NCBI RefSeq assembly: GCF_006345805.1
Contig: NC_043004.1
Span: 59,582,001 to 59,646,000 of the forward strand
DNA: 64,000 nt
Direction of reading: 5' to 3'
Origin: Octopus sinensis
Lineage: Eukaryota
The notes under the pieces were generated by a model. The model did no database searches. It saw nothing but the letters and a program-made list of their open reading frames with translations, and was not told where the DNA came from. Positions 12,828 to 27,003 of the stretch are shown here, piece by piece; position 1 is the stretch's first letter; each line of letters starts with the position of its first letter. The translations under genes and the position numbers were made by a program.

Positions 12828-14825
12828 ATATATGCAATTTTTACAAATATTGTGTGAAAACTATGTACAGGTATGTCCTAACAATGCTTACGTTTGACAA
12901 CATTTCAAATATAAAATAGAAGCAGCACCAGTGTAATAAAAACGACTACATATACTTAACTTAGAAACTATGTGTTTGCCGGTTGGTATGATTTGATGTG
13001 GGGGGGATTTCCTTTAGGTGGTCTAACACCCAGTGCAATAGGGAGTTCAAACCAGTTTGCAAACTGATCTTAGCAACATTACAATGCTTTCGCCTGCTTT
13101 CATTCAAAAGATTAGAGAAAATGGAAAAAATAGTAGATATTTATAGAACTATTCGCAAAGATTTTCTCAATTTGTATCCATGCTGAATGCGAGAAATCAC
13201 TTCCGTAATATCCTAGAATTTCTGAAGTTTCCTCACTGATGAAATAACGGTAAGGACTAAACACTCCATGGGAAAGTATAATAGCATTACACAAAATATA
13301 GTGAAAACACATTTTCATATGCACGATCTAGCACGGGTCTTAACATTAAGTGAGAAATTTTAATAGCTAGGACCACGTGATTCATTGAAAACATTTTGTT
13401 TTGATTACATCCTAGTCATGTTCCTCTATGCATGACCAATCATATAAATATATATATAAAGATATAAAATTCTGGAACAGTTTTATACGCACGTGGATAA
13501 ACATCCGTTTCCTGACGAGATCGAAATATATTCCCAGTGAGAGCATAAAGATCCAACTAATTTCTCTGCTGTAAACAAGACTGCTAGTAACAGTCAGCAA
13601 TATATATAGCCGCAAGGGTTATAGCGTTGTGATAACCTCTACAATTTCCTTTTGTTATTACAACTTCCCTACAAGCACAGCATTTTGATTAAGTCGTATA
13701 CTATAAAGCATTTCTGTAGAGTACCATTACTTGCTAATTTCTGGGAAATTATTTCGTTTCAGAAATATCAACTTTTGTGACAAAGATCTTGTTTTCGTCA
13801 ATATGAGGCATTTCCTTTCGTTTACATTTTAATTTGTGCAACTTGTAGTGACCAAAATTATTTGTAACTAAATGTTATACGTAAAATTATACAAAATCGC
13901 GTGCAGGTTTTTTTTTAGAATACTTTGAAGTGTAGCACACGAAAATAAGATCAATGATTCATTCTGTTGCTTATATAGTGTAGCAAAAGTAAGATGAACA
14001 AATAAATGTTTCGGTAAGTGGGCTGGAAAGCTTCAGGTAACCAAAATCTAAGCACGAGATGAATATCAATCGTCGGCCTTTCTACATAATATATATATAT
14101 CACAACCAGATGGGATTCGGCCGACGCATGATCGATGTTGTCTGCCGTTCTGATTCGGTCAAAGCATGTTCGTCGTTGCTTGCAGATCCCAGAAAAACGA
14201 GATCAACTCCAACGTTGCATTGTCCATAACTTTCAATATCTCACTTACTTGGTTTCAGAGACATAATCTCGCTTGATTAGAAATATTATGATATCGAATA
14301 AAGCGAATACTTTTCAGTCGTTGAGTCATAATATTCGCCTTATATTCACAATATACTTTTATATACTGGAGAGAACAGAATATAAAGTTTTTACTTTTAT
14401 ATTAATAAGTATGGAAGATTGGTGAGAATATTGTCTGTATGAAGTTAAAGGATTGGTCGCTATATAGTTATATAATCTAGGAGTTAGTTATAGGCTTATT
14501 TATTGAATTTATTTACTGATATTGTAGTACATAGGGTAAATGTGTTTATTAGTTGTAGTTTAATTCATAATATTATTGTTTAATCCTTCCTAGAATTAAG
14601 ATTGAATGGATTTGGTGATATCTAAGGTATGTTTGTTCCTAAGCAATACTTATTTTAGCGCTGTTGACACCGCCGGATTGAATGGTACTCCCCAGGTGTC
14701 GAAACCATAGTGATATCCGTGGGGCAGCTGATGATGGAGGTATGTTGGATTGTGGGTATGGCTGTTTTTGTATGTGCAGAATAGTTTATAACACATCCAA
14801 TTATATATATATATATATACTGAGC

Positions 14826-15140
14826 GAATGCGTGTAATTTAGTGGTTAGGGCTTTCAGCTGACAATTGTATGTCATGAGTTCAATTCCCGGCAACACGCT
14901 TTGTCCTTGAGCAAGGCATTATATTTTGCGTTCCTGCAGCCAACTAAGCTGGCAAAAATGAGTAGTATCTGAATTTCACAGGACCAACCTTGTTTCTCTC
15001 TGTGTCACGCTGATTTTCCCTAAGGACTATGTTAAACGTACACGTGTTTCTTGATGATCAGACATTTGCACGTTAATTTATGATCAGGCTGTTCCGTTGG
15101 TCGGATCAACCGGAACCAGTATCGTTGTAACCAACGTATT
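14826..15140 (+). mobile_element. Old SINE with tRNA-like head and family-C type-3 tail
   Basis: AGTGGTTAGGGC...GAGTTCAATTCCC head; tail CTGTGTCACGCTGA...GGATCAACCGGAACC matches 23510-23650. Confidence 0.7.
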
Positions 15141-16099
15141 TCACTAAGAGGCCTCAAAAGGCACATGTATATTGTTTATGTTTAAGTGCACAAACGAGCT
15201 ATGGCATTGCCTGAAATTGAGTTGCAGCCATTACACACACACACTCACACACAATTATTTATGTCTGTCTACCTGTCTGTCACTTTATCTATTTATCTGT
15301 CTACCTATTTATCTATTTATCTACACATCTAGTTAATGAATGAAAGAAAATATTTGTAAACATAGAGGTGCGAATAATAATAATCAAATGGTAATCGAAC
15401 CATTTGTTTCGTGCAAACAGCAAAATATATTAACATAACTTTACCACCTATTTTCTAATTTTCACCTACGCTTCTACACCATGATGTGTTTATAGTCGTG
15501 CAACCGCCGTAATTTTTTTCTATCACTGGACAAAAACAAACTCAAGCACACACATCCGTACACACACAGAAAAAAAACGTAGCAATACAAAGAGACAGAA
15601 GTGCTCATTTTCCACGTATACAGATGTTCGTATATATATTTACGAAGGTGAGTTTAACCATATAGTTTTTTTATAATGTGTAATAACATCAACTGATATA
15701 ATCCTGGGGATGAATATCACTTTATTATTTGGCTTAAGTTTAGACCAAAACATGTCCCTGAACGAAATATTTTTGCACATTTGTAGTTTATATGCATGTG
15801 TATATTGTTTTGTTTCACTATCGATGCATTTATTTACCAATAACTGTGTGCGTGTTTGTATGTATGTATGTATCCGTGTTTGTTTCTGTATGTGATCACG
15901 TGGAAGGACTCATTGCAAATACGTGAACAGTCTTCAGGCAAAAAGTGAAAGGAAATAAAGAATAAAAGAAATGGTAAAATTTATTCTCTGTCGATCGAAA
16001 AGCCGCTAAACTTTCTTTCACGTGTGCACAACAGGTTGTTTGGACATTGATTTCTTACTAATCTTTGATTTATCACAAGCATCAACACAAACACAAAGA

Positions 16100-16810
16100 G
16101 TTAGCATCACCGTTGCCACCAATATTAAGCATGAGGCTGCAACCGGCAACAATAACGCCCACCTCGTCAGCAATAAGAAATACAGTGCAACCACCACCGC
16201 AAGTGCGTACCATCTCCCCTGACACCAATTACTACCACCGTCGGCATCATCGTCTCCTCATTCACTACCGGGCCCCAACCACCGGCACCACTAGCACCAG
16301 CAAGATTATCACCACCACCACCACCACCACCACCACCACCATCACCATCATCCGCCGCTGCAACCACTGCCACCACCGCCAGGAGCGCCAGCAGTGCCAG
16401 CACCTGCACTACTACCAGCAGTAGCAGCAGAAGCAGCAGCAGCAGCACCACCACCAACAACAACAACCACAACACCAACAACAGCCATCACCACTACAGC
16501 TAGCAGCGGCCGCCATCAGCGTCACTGACGCCACCGACCAACACCACCACCGTCAAAAATCATCACTACCAATCCCATCACTAAACACACCACCACCACT
16601 ACCACCACCACCACACCACCACATTTACCACCATCTACGAATACCAACGGAGCAATAACCATATTTCAGAATCGCCAAAACCCCTCAGACCTAACAGTAA
16701 TTGAGCCACCAGAATAATGTCAGCATCATTACACATCTCCCTCAACATCATGCTCAATTTTCGCTATCATTAGCATCTCAGTGATACTATCGCAACCACA
16801 CCACCTCCAT
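16100..16810. repeat. Degenerate CAC/CAG/CAA trinucleotide low-complexity tract
   Basis: (ACC)n, (AGC)n and (AAC)n runs; similar tract at 19520-19847. Confidence 0.8.
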
Positions 16811-19124
16811 CTTGGTTTCTACGTAGCCATTCGATCTGCTAGAAATAGCAGCAAAATCTCTAATTATGCGCTATTACCTTTCGAGAGAGAAATGAAAGCC
16901 ATTTGGGATAACGCACTCCTAAAGACATTGAACATGAGAAATACATAAATGAATGAATAAGTAAGTCATGATAACCACGGCTGATATGCCTTTGGTGATA
17001 AATCTGACCATTCAGGGTTGACCTCAGGTTAAACAACTTCATCAACTAAAACAATAGACGCAACCGCATCAACTCCAATTGTGATATCAACAGTAGCATA
17101 TACAATACTCCTTTACCAATCTTTAGCATCATCAGCATGAGTATCCTCATCTAAATGGCCATCCCTCAAATCAAGGAAGGAGCCTATCTGTAGTTGTCCG
17201 ACTGACAGAAATAGCGGCAAATCATTAAAGAAACACTTTAGTTTCTGAAAGACAAATTGGATAAGTTTGATAATATGGTCGCGTGATTTCGTCGACGAAG
17301 CACTTGTCAAGAGATAATACACAGTCTTATTCTTTCTTGAAGTCAGCTGCTGTGGCCCTCCACTTGGTCTGGTGTGCTGTTTGTTGCAGGATATTGGTTT
17401 CGAACTGAAGAAAACCACCAAAGAAATAAGCATAGCATCTGAAGCTAGTTCAAGTTGGCTGTGGTTGATTAGGAATCGCTGGTGAAACCCTTCCGTAGGC
17501 GAAAACTAATACAGTCCTGGTAAAGTATGCAGGCTAGGGGGCAAAATGCCATGAGCCTGTTCATCATAACGAAGGATTTCCGATATTGCGATGAAATCAG
17601 AAGGAGCACTTGTTATAGCGGATTTAGTTTTTTTCATTCACAAAATATGCATTTTTTTAAAAGGAAGTAAAAAAAAAAATCTGAAAATGGGTTATAAGAA
17701 TGTAGATTCCAGTCTCATTGCTTTGAAGGGATGATGTTGTGGAGAAAAAAATTGGTGAAAAAGGTTACAGAGGTTTAAAAGTTTTAAAATTGTGTATTTA
17801 TAGCCAAGAGCGAGACAGAAACTTTCTGCATTTAGCGGAGCGGCGTCAACTTTAAGGTTGTACTCTGTGAAATTCGTAGTTTAGCGTATGACCTGTTCAT
17901 TGTAGGTTTATAAATAAACAGAAATACCTAATAAAATCAACATATATCATCTTACTGTTCCTTTTGTCTCTTCATGGTGTGTGTATGTGTGTGAAAAGGA
18001 TGCGTCTGTCTCTAAAACTCCAAAGTTTGGTAACGTTTTCAATCTTGGATTTGTAAACTACGATAAGAATAACACTGGTCAACAAAGAATTTGTCCCAAG
18101 GAAAAGTATACCTGCATCTTGTACGTTTTTGCATGCAGAAGTCAAAAATAATGTCAACCCACAGCTCCACGATATCACTCTCAGTTCCTGCTACGTGGAT
18201 TAATTTCGGTTATTCTATTGAAATGTGTATCTAACGGTTTAAGAAATACGCATAATTAAACTTTTTATTAACCTAGTCGAATCATAAATCCAGCTGAGTC
18301 AATGAGTCCCCAAAATATAAAGAAATGAAAAAAATTGTAAAAATACTAATACACAGAAAAAGTACAGAAAAATACTAACACACAGAAGCACAGAAAAATA
18401 TGTAATATACTAACACACAGAAAAATTAATACAAAACACGCGAGTGAAAAGCATCTCGTGGTTTGAAGAATCAAGTGTGAAAAATTAACATAGACAACCG
18501 CAGCACTGACAACGGTGAACAACAACACAGCATGCAGTTGTCGTGGTAACAGGCTGCTAATGCCACGCTTTCTGTTGATTGGCTAAAATTACTCAAATTT
18601 CCCAAAATTAATTCAAAATAACATCAGATTCTTTAATTTACGAGATAAAGTAATTGGTTGATAGTAGTCAAAATTTAGAGTTGCATCGATACATCAAAAT
18701 TGAAAGCAATCTGAGCAAAATTAAGTGGGGTGCGGCTCATTTCGTGAATGAGAAAGACTAGATCTGCAATAGCTCTGAACATCTCCAGCAGCTTCTGTGT
18801 GGTGCAATGCATTTCCTTTGTTTATTTCAGTTCTCTTCAGAGTCCATAAGAGGCAAAATGGGTTTATGATCAAATGAGCTTGATTGTAGGTATGCTCGTT
18901 CATGGTTGACCTGGGGCCAAACGTCAACAGTAACTTTGCTAATCTCCAGCAGCAGCTATGGTGTGCTGCTACATCAACTAAACTACATCCATTCTCTCTT
19001 TGACTCCTACCACAACACTAATACCGCCACTCAAGCTATCGTTATCTATCTAACACAAACAACAATTCCACCATCCGCGCAAGCACAATACAGCGGCAGA
19101 AAGTATAACTACAACCATTATACA

Positions 19125-19502
19125 AAGGCACAAAAATGGTTGTGTGGTAAGTAGCTTGCTTACCAACCGCATGGTTCCGGGTTCAGTGTCTTCTACTATA
19201 GCCTCGGGTCGACCAAAGTCTTATGGATGCATTTGGTAGACAAAAACTGAAAGAAACCCGTCATATATACATACATATATGTGTGTGTATACGTTTTTGT
19301 GTCTGTGTTTGTGTCCCTACCATCGCGTAACAATATATTTTGGTGCGTTTACGTCCCCTTAACCTAGCGGTTCGGCGAAAAAGTCCGATAGAATAAGTAA
19401 TATGCTTTCAAAGAATAAGTCCTGGGGTCGATTGTTCAACTAAAGTCGCTGTTCCAGCATGGCCGCAGTCAAATTACTGAAACAAATTAAAGACTAAAAG
19501 AC
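19125..19502 (+). mobile_element. SINE family A, diverged, internal deletion
   Basis: TGTGTGGTAAGTAGCTTGCTTACCAACC...GGTTCCGGGTTCAGT head and family tail. Confidence 0.85.
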
Positions 19503-19847
19503 TAGCACATATACATACCACCTCCAGTGCCATGGCTGCGATAAGAGTGCGTGTGCCATCACGGCTAGTCACACACCAGCACTAATCACCATAATCTACA
19601 TACCCAATATCGTTGCCGCCAAAGCTAACACTTACACCTACACCACCATGACTTCCTACACTCGCCACTAAGCAATCATCATCATCATGCTTATCATCAT
19701 CATCATCACAGTCTTCATTATTCTCATCGATATCATCATCGCCCGCTAATAAGCACCACCAACAAAACCATCTCAGCCATCATCATCACCGGTACCACGA
19801 CCACCAACACCACCACAACCACTAATAACAACAACAACAACAACCAC

Positions 19848-19947
19848 NNNNNNNNNNNNNNNNNNNNNNNNNNNNNNNNNNNNNNNNNNNNNNNNNNNNN
19901 NNNNNNNNNNNNNNNNNNNNNNNNNNNNNNNNNNNNNNNNNNNNNNN
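19848..19947. other. Assembly gap (100 N)
   Basis: N run. Confidence 1.
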
Positions 19948-21374
19948 ATGAACTTTCCTTATATTAGACCCCTCTGTATGCAGGGATCGTGGGTAGATTA
20001 TAATCAATAAAACCATCTGCGGTTTGATCACTGCTGGAATGTCGTGGATCATAAAATTGCTCAATCACTGATGTCTTGTGACGAAACAAAAGTAGCTGTA
20101 ACTCGATGATATTACGCATAGAGAAATAAAAGAGAGAATGAAAAAGAATGTATTGTAAAATATTAAAGCTTCTATGGAAGTCCAAACCCTATTCAATAGA
20201 TTTAATAAATGAGATCAACACATCAGCAATTGCCATCGTGTGTTATAATACTGGAACAATGAACAAGAGGGAAGATGAAATAGAAGTGCTGCACAAATCT
20301 CTTAATCTACTGCCTGAGAGATAATGTTTATGATAAGGTGGAGGAGATAAGTTGATCAGTTCGATCACAGCTCTTAAAATGTATTTTATTTTATTGAAAC
20401 TGGAAAGATGAATGGCAAAGTTGACTTAGGAGGGTTTTGAACTTAGAACTTAGGGAGATAGCGAACGTACAGGAAAACATTTTTTCCGAGTCTCTACCGA
20501 TGGTGCCAATGAAAAAAGAACAACGATACCAAAAATAAAAGCAAATTGAGAACTAATCAGGGAAGGTAAACTACTATTGTAACATATTCTGTTTGAAAGC
20601 AAATCCTCTCACAATAAAGAGGAATAAATGGAAATGAGAGGCAAAATGAAAGAACGAATTGGAAGACAGTTGCAGCAAAATGTAAAAGATGGAAGATGAA
20701 AAAATTGGTAGAATGAAAATGATGAGCCTGAATAGAATAGAAAATGAGTGAGATATAGATAAAATGAATCTGCAAGTTAGGAGATAGAATGCGTGGAAAT
20801 AAAGTAGGTCAAAGAAGTTATAGAAAAGAATAGATGAGTTTAAATCATACAGAATAGATAGGAAGATGTGCTAGGCACAAACTAGAGTTAAAAAGTAAGA
20901 AAAGTAGAGAGAGAAAAATTAAAGGAGAGAGGAGGAGAAAGTAACTGGAAGAAATAGCAAGAAAAGAAACGAAAAGAAGAGATGTAATATGTCAAGAAAA
21001 AAGAGGCAAGTAGGAATGGAAATGAATTTGAAAGAAAATTTGGAATATAGAAAATGGAAGCTTAAAGAAGAAAAAAAAAGAATTATGATGAAAATCGAAA
21101 TGGAGGGATAAAGAAACGATGAGGAGAGTCTTGTACCGGTGCTACACGAAAAATGGAGAAAAGTAATAAAGTGTATTCTGAATGTATTTGGATGTGTGTT
21201 ACTGTGTGAGTGTGTATGCATATGTTGCGATTTTTACGTGCATACTCCTCTATATATGGATACGTTGTCACAAACAATGGGAAAAAGAGATTGTTGAGCA
21301 AAATCAAATAGTAACGCCGGAAGGGAGAACAAGGTGGTGAGAATAATAAAACAATGCACAGAGAGAAAAACTCA

Positions 21375-21621
<247 letters not shown>

Positions 21622-22033
21622 GAAAGAGGGAAGTGGCGCAGACGTATCTAAAACCCAAATGAGTGGTATAGAGAGAAAAACAAAGCGGAAGAGACTGAAA
21701 CGGCGACAAAGATTGTTGAAGACAGATGTTATCATATAGCAAAGAAAAGTTACGTGAAATTGCCGACCAAGATATTAATTCGCGCCAGAAAACCTAAACA
21801 TTAATTGAACAATTTTCTTTCCGGAAGTAAAATGATGTTTTAGAGAAGGCGTCTATTGTGTATGTTTAGCACTGTAATGTCAAATTTGCCATCAAATGTG
21901 TTGCGAGAGTTTTGCGAATCGATTATGAAAATGTAACCATAGTTACAACTGAGCATTATCATAATTCATATGTTGATTAGAATACAGTGGGAGAAAAGAA
22001 TCACGAATTAGTTGTGATTAATTAGAATAAGAT

Positions 22034-22366
22034 GGAGGCGCAATGGCCCAGTGGTTAGGACAGTGGACTCGTGGTCGGAATATCGTGGTTTCGATTCCCA
22101 GACCGGGCAGTATGTGTGTTTATTGAACGAAAACACCTAAAGCTCCACGACGCTCCGACAGGGGATGGTGGCGACCCCTCTTTTACTCTTTCGCCCCAAC
22201 TTTCTCTCACTCGTTCTTCCTGTTTCTTGGGTAAGTCTGGCGAACCAATTTGGGTAACGATGGACTGGTGTACCGTCCAGCTAGTGAGAACACATACGCC
22301 ACAGAAACCGGGAAATCGGGCCCATGAGCCTGGCTAGGCTTGAAAAAGGGCGCATAAATAAATAAA
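22034..22366 (+). mobile_element. SINE family C, tail type 2 (V-SINE-domain-like)
   Basis: Same head/body as 10271; tail CGATGGACTGGTGTACCGTCCAG...CACAGAAACCGGGAAA..GGGCCCATGAGCC; (TAAA) end. Confidence 0.8.
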
Positions 22367-22389
22367 AATTAGAGTAGGTGTACATGAAA

Positions 22390-23256
22390 TAAAACGTACT
22401 TGCATGCTCAAGCTCATGAACCGTTAGACAATTTATGTTTCAAAAATTAGGATAAAGAAAGTTCTTTCTTAATCTAAAGTATACTCTCATTCATTTTCTA
22501 CAATGCTCTTCCATCTATCTGGTAGACTTGCAAGATCTCTCTTCCAAAATTCACTTGATGTGGCGAAAAATACTCCCCCAGTACTGTTTTGACCTCGTGT
22601 ACAGAATTCATGTTTATACGTCCAAATGATTTTGAAAACTAAAGAATAAAGGAGAATCAGACGGGGCAATGTCCGGTAAATATGATGGATAGAGTATCGT
22701 TTTCCATTAAAACTGCTCCAGCCTTCGGAATGTCATGCTCACTGTATGTGGCATGATAGAAGAACACCTTCCGTCTTGAAATCAAAAATGGTTGTCTTTC
22801 TTCTCACGCTGGTGTCGCCGAATGCTTGATTGACCACGTCCCAAGCCTCTTTGCTAGTTCTTCAAATTCACGGTGGGATTTTGTTCCACCAATCCTTGCA
22901 GGACCTCCTCGTAAAGCACTGCAGATCTTCCAGGATGACGCTTGACACTGGCTTGCACGTATTGTCCGATCCCCATATACCGCATTAATATTCCTCGCAC
23001 TTTCTGTTGCGTTGTTGCCTTTATTGAACTCATAAAGCAAAATATGCCGAATATGCTCCTTTGTCACTTTTGTTGTAAGTTTGAAAAAATAACGGTTAAA
23101 ATCGAACTTCTCTCTTCAACGCTTGCACTAGGAATAAAAACGAAGGTAAAATTACTACTTGTTTTTATAGCAAGTTCATGCAGGTAGTTTATCCCGTCCC
23201 CTCCAAAATTTAGTTCGTATAATTAAAAAAAACGCATTATTTATGGGATGACCCAA
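22390..23256 (-). mobile_element. Internally deleted mariner transposon remnant
   Basis: N-terminal HTH MTKEHIRHILLYEFNKGNNATESARNINAVYG (23067 down); C-terminal FFATSSEFWKRDLASLPDRWKSIVENE (to 22487); TIR-like TTGGGTCATCCCATAAATAATGCG next to TA at 23257. Confidence 0.85.
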
Positions 23257-23278
23257 TATATATATATGTGTATATAGT

Positions 23279-23656
23279 GGAGTCGCAATGGCCCAGTGGT
23301 TTGGGCAGCGGACTCGCAGTCATAGGATTGCGGTTTCGATTCCCAGACCGGGCGTTGTGAGTGTTTATTGAGCGAAAACACCTAAAAGCTCCACGAGGCT
23401 CCGGCAGGAGGTGGTGATCCCTGCTTACTCTTTCACCACAACTTTCTCTCACTCTTACTTCCTGTTTTTGTTGTACCTGTTGTATTTCAAAGGGCCGGCC
23501 TTGTCACTCACTGTGTCACGCTGAATATCCCCGAGAACTACGTTAAGGGTACGCGTATCTGCGGAGTGCTCAGCCACTTACACGTTAATTTCACGAGCAG
23601 GCTGTTCCGTTGATTCGGATCAACCGGAACCCTCGTCGTCGTAACCGACGGAGTGC
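23279..23656 (+). mobile_element. SINE family C, tail type 3
   Basis: A/B-box head; high similarity to the 34348 copy. Confidence 0.9.
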
Positions 23657-23820
23657 TTAGGAATAGAATGTGTATATATATATATGTGTGTGTGTGTGTT
23701 TCTGTGTGTGCGCGCGCGTGAGTGTATGTGTGTGTGAGCGTGAGTGTGTTTCTGTGTGTGTGCGTGCGCGTTGTGCGCATGTCTGTTTCCTAGTATGCTC
23801 GAGACATCGCAGAATATTAT

Positions 23821-24055
23821 TTATTTCTTTATTACTCACAAGGGGCTGAACATAGAGGGGATAAACAAGGACAGACAAAGGTATAAAGTCGATTACATCG
23901 AGCCCAGTGCGTAACTAGTACTTAATTTATCGACCCCGAAGGGATGAAAGACAAAGTCGACCTCGGCGGAATTTGAACTCAGAACGTAAAGGCAGACGAA
24001 ACACGGCTACGCATTTCGCCCGGCGTGCTAACGTTTCTGCCAGCTCGCCGCCTTA
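23821..24055 (-). mobile_element. SINE family B, full length with TSD
   Basis: Flanked by ATCGCAGAATA(T/C)TAT at 23806-23820 and 24056-24070; head GGCGGCGAGCTGGCAGAAACGTTAGC, B-box GAGTTCAAATTCC. Confidence 0.92.
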
Positions 24056-24099
24056 ATCGCAGAATACTATTGACAAGGACTTACAAATCTTTTGCAATG

Positions 24100-25752
24100 C
24101 AGTTGGTGGAGAATTGAACATAAATTAGATCAAAGATCTATGTTTTACATTAAAACCATTGATAATCCGATATTTCGAGTGGAAACTGCTTTCTACACAG
24201 AATGAAAAGATCTGAAGAACACGTCTGGCTTTGTTACAGATTAAACTTGCTATGATATGTTACGGTGATACGTTGCTTTGTTCGAACAAAGTAGTATTAT
24301 TAATTGCCTTGCATAGGATATATATTTGAAGGTTCTTTAGTTATTAATCTATTGGCATTGGTAGGATTAACGTCACGTATGTGCAGGAAGCAAGCGTGTC
24401 AAATGTTTCATAGTACATGTATTGTTTTCTATGACTAGCTAAACAAGTCGTTCTCTTTCAGTATTCCTGATTTCTATTGTCTGATGGGAATACATTTTGT
24501 CTGAATGCGGATCTGCACATTTCCAACATTTCACTCCGCATCTCCGATAGCTACGAAACTTATCTAGATAATTTTTCACAAGTAAAAGGGAATTTGTTGT
24601 TTGATTCGGTGTAAATCTCTCTTAGTTGATTCAAATATATAAGAACTGAGTCATGTTGCCAATGTGATATTCCTAGCATATACTGCACCCTGTCTGTGAG
24701 AAGACTTAACATTGCGAGACCATGTTCGTACTGTAAATTTAGCGATTGGACGCCGAACATTGGTTTTCATAACAAGGATCACCATATCTTAAAGATATTC
24801 TTAAATGACTGTGCTGTGTATTTAGACCTCATTAACGGATTGGTTGGAAAATTACAACTGTTATTTTGTTATTGGAATTTACAACTTCATAAAACGTTTA
24901 CAAGAAGAGTTGTACTGTTTTCTTACTGAGAGTGACTGGCTGAGTCTGTTTCTTAAGCGAAGACTCCCGTAAAGCTTTGCAACTGCTAGTTATTAGTGGT
25001 GTGATTCATATCTTACTGTATCTCTCTTTAATTCAACTCATATCATTCCAACTGTAGACAGTATAAAGAATGACAAGGAGCATGTATCTTTGCTTGAAGC
25101 TTTCATGGAGACAACTTGAGCTTCTGCCAGTCTCCAGTGTTTCTTAGGTCGAACTTCGGGATAAAGAAATTCGGAAACGCTTGAACATACTGCAGCCAGT
25201 TTAACCATTAAAAGCAGCAAACATTACTTATGCACTAGAACCATGTTTATGCTCATCTTCTAGTACACAGAGCGCTTAACAGATAATACACGTGTTCCAC
25301 ATTCATGCATTAGATGCAAAAATTGTTTTGGCTGTGCTACTCCATAGGTGTATCTGCAAATTGTTTAAATAAAGCCTCAGTATGTGGCTAGATTGTCTGC
25401 CACAGTCTCTTCCCCGTGAACACATTAACATTTTCTGGACAGTTTTCCTGTCCAAATATCTCCTATTCTCTTTTACATTTGCAGGCAGCAGGTGACGCCT
25501 ACAACGTCCGGTCTCAAGAGACTGTACAAATTCCTCCTCTGAATCGAGAGCGTGGATCTCCTTGGCACTGTGGTTTGCCTCTTGGTTTTGGTTTCCCGGC
25601 ATCTTATATACTGCAGTAATGTGTTGCTGCTCATATTCATACAAATGTAATAATGAAAATAAGTGTTCAAATTCATTTAAAATTATAAATCCTCGACTTA
25701 CAAAGTCATCTGCAACTTCCTTTGAAAAGATATCCAGAGCCAAGTCAGACAT
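24100..25752 (-). pseudogene. Decayed coding-like segment of unknown identity
   Basis: Non-repetitive 149-aa ORF from ATG 25752 followed by shorter same-strand open stretches (25038-25220, 24560-24760); no family recognised. Confidence 0.3.
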
Positions 25753-25797
25753 TTATCACAACAAGTATATATATATACATATATATACATATATATA

Positions 25798-25828
<31 letters not shown>

Positions 25829-26181
25829 CAGGTGTTTATGTGTTTGTGAATACTTGTGTGTGCATACAAATATAAGTAGCTACGTAGGTATGAATGTATG
25901 AGTTCATTTAGGAAGTGTTTTCCATTAATAATATATAGTTTTAATTTACACTTTAAAAATATTGCTTGCAAAAGTAATCAACAGACTGATTTGAAATAAA
26001 TAATTTATCGATAAATAAGTATTTTTCGTTGGACCGAAAATCAATTTCATTATTACTTCGACTAGAAATATAAGTTAACTGAAAATTAAAACTATAAATT
26101 ATAACACTGTGATGTCTTGAGTAGATCTCTGCACAGATACGCACCGTCTCCACAAACACACATCTATCTATCTTTCTTTCT

Positions 26182-26228
<47 letters not shown>

Positions 26229-26611
26229 ACTATATATCTATCTATTGCTGTATATATATATATATATATAGACACACATACATATATGTGTTTGTAAATA
26301 TATATGTGAACGTTTTTGTGTGTATGAAGGAATATCTTTCACAATGAATTGTCTCTCTATAAAACTAAATGATGCGATATTGCGATTCCCATTCGAACCT
26401 GCGATATCATTTGAAGTCACATAATTAAGAATACATACTTATACATTTTCAATAGATGATTAATGTTTCAGTGGTTTTCATAAAATGTGGTCGATATTTC
26501 CTTTCTGCTCCAATCATGAAGCTCATACAAAGCATAATATCATGTGTTAAAATTGGCATAAAATCCTCTATGCCTATATCCATTGGTGAAATGAATAAAT
26601 TTATAAAACTA

Positions 26612-27003
26612 CTGGCACTATCGCCCGGCGTTGCTCGGGTTTGTAAGGGAAATAGCTATATAAGCATTTTTAGAGATGTAAAGTATAATAGCCATCTCAA
26701 TATGGCTAACCACAAAGGGGGGTGTTACTGTAGCTTTTTACGTTCTGAGATTTAATAATACATTTTTAGAGAGTTACTTCCCTTATATAATAGCAAAAAT
26801 GCATTAAAAATGGGAAAAAATGATGCTAATTTTTTTTTTAAATCGTAGACTCATCGTAGACGCGTCCTAATACACAAAAGGGCTCGATATAAATCACGTC
26901 TATAAGATACCCGCTTTTGGTTACACTGCACCGCAAAATGTGGGAGTAGTTAGGAATCTAAATCGTAAAGACAGACACACAACTTCACTTTTATATATAA
27001 AGA
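26612..27003 (-). mobile_element. Non-autonomous Helitron
   Basis: Minus strand: 5' TCTTTATATATAAAAG; 3' hairpin CCCGAGCAACGCCGGG then CCAG (CTAG variant); lies between A and T; homologous to 61339-61733. Confidence 0.8.

Noticed and set aside
16065-16481. Poly-Thr/His/Gln or Gly-rich ORFs
   Set aside because: Produced by a degenerate trinucleotide tract; no splice or domain support
17550-18740. Possible non-autonomous DNA transposon with GAGCC...GGCTC ends
   Set aside because: Terminal match is only ~7 bp and there is no clear TSD
23279-23352. tRNA gene calls for SINE heads
   Set aside because: The A/B-box heads run into multicopy SINE bodies and lack a full acceptor stem
25130-25200. Mab-21/cGAS-like hints (PNFFIP, WRL) in the decayed ORF region
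   Set aside because: Short motifs in different frames and in the wrong order; not enough to name a family
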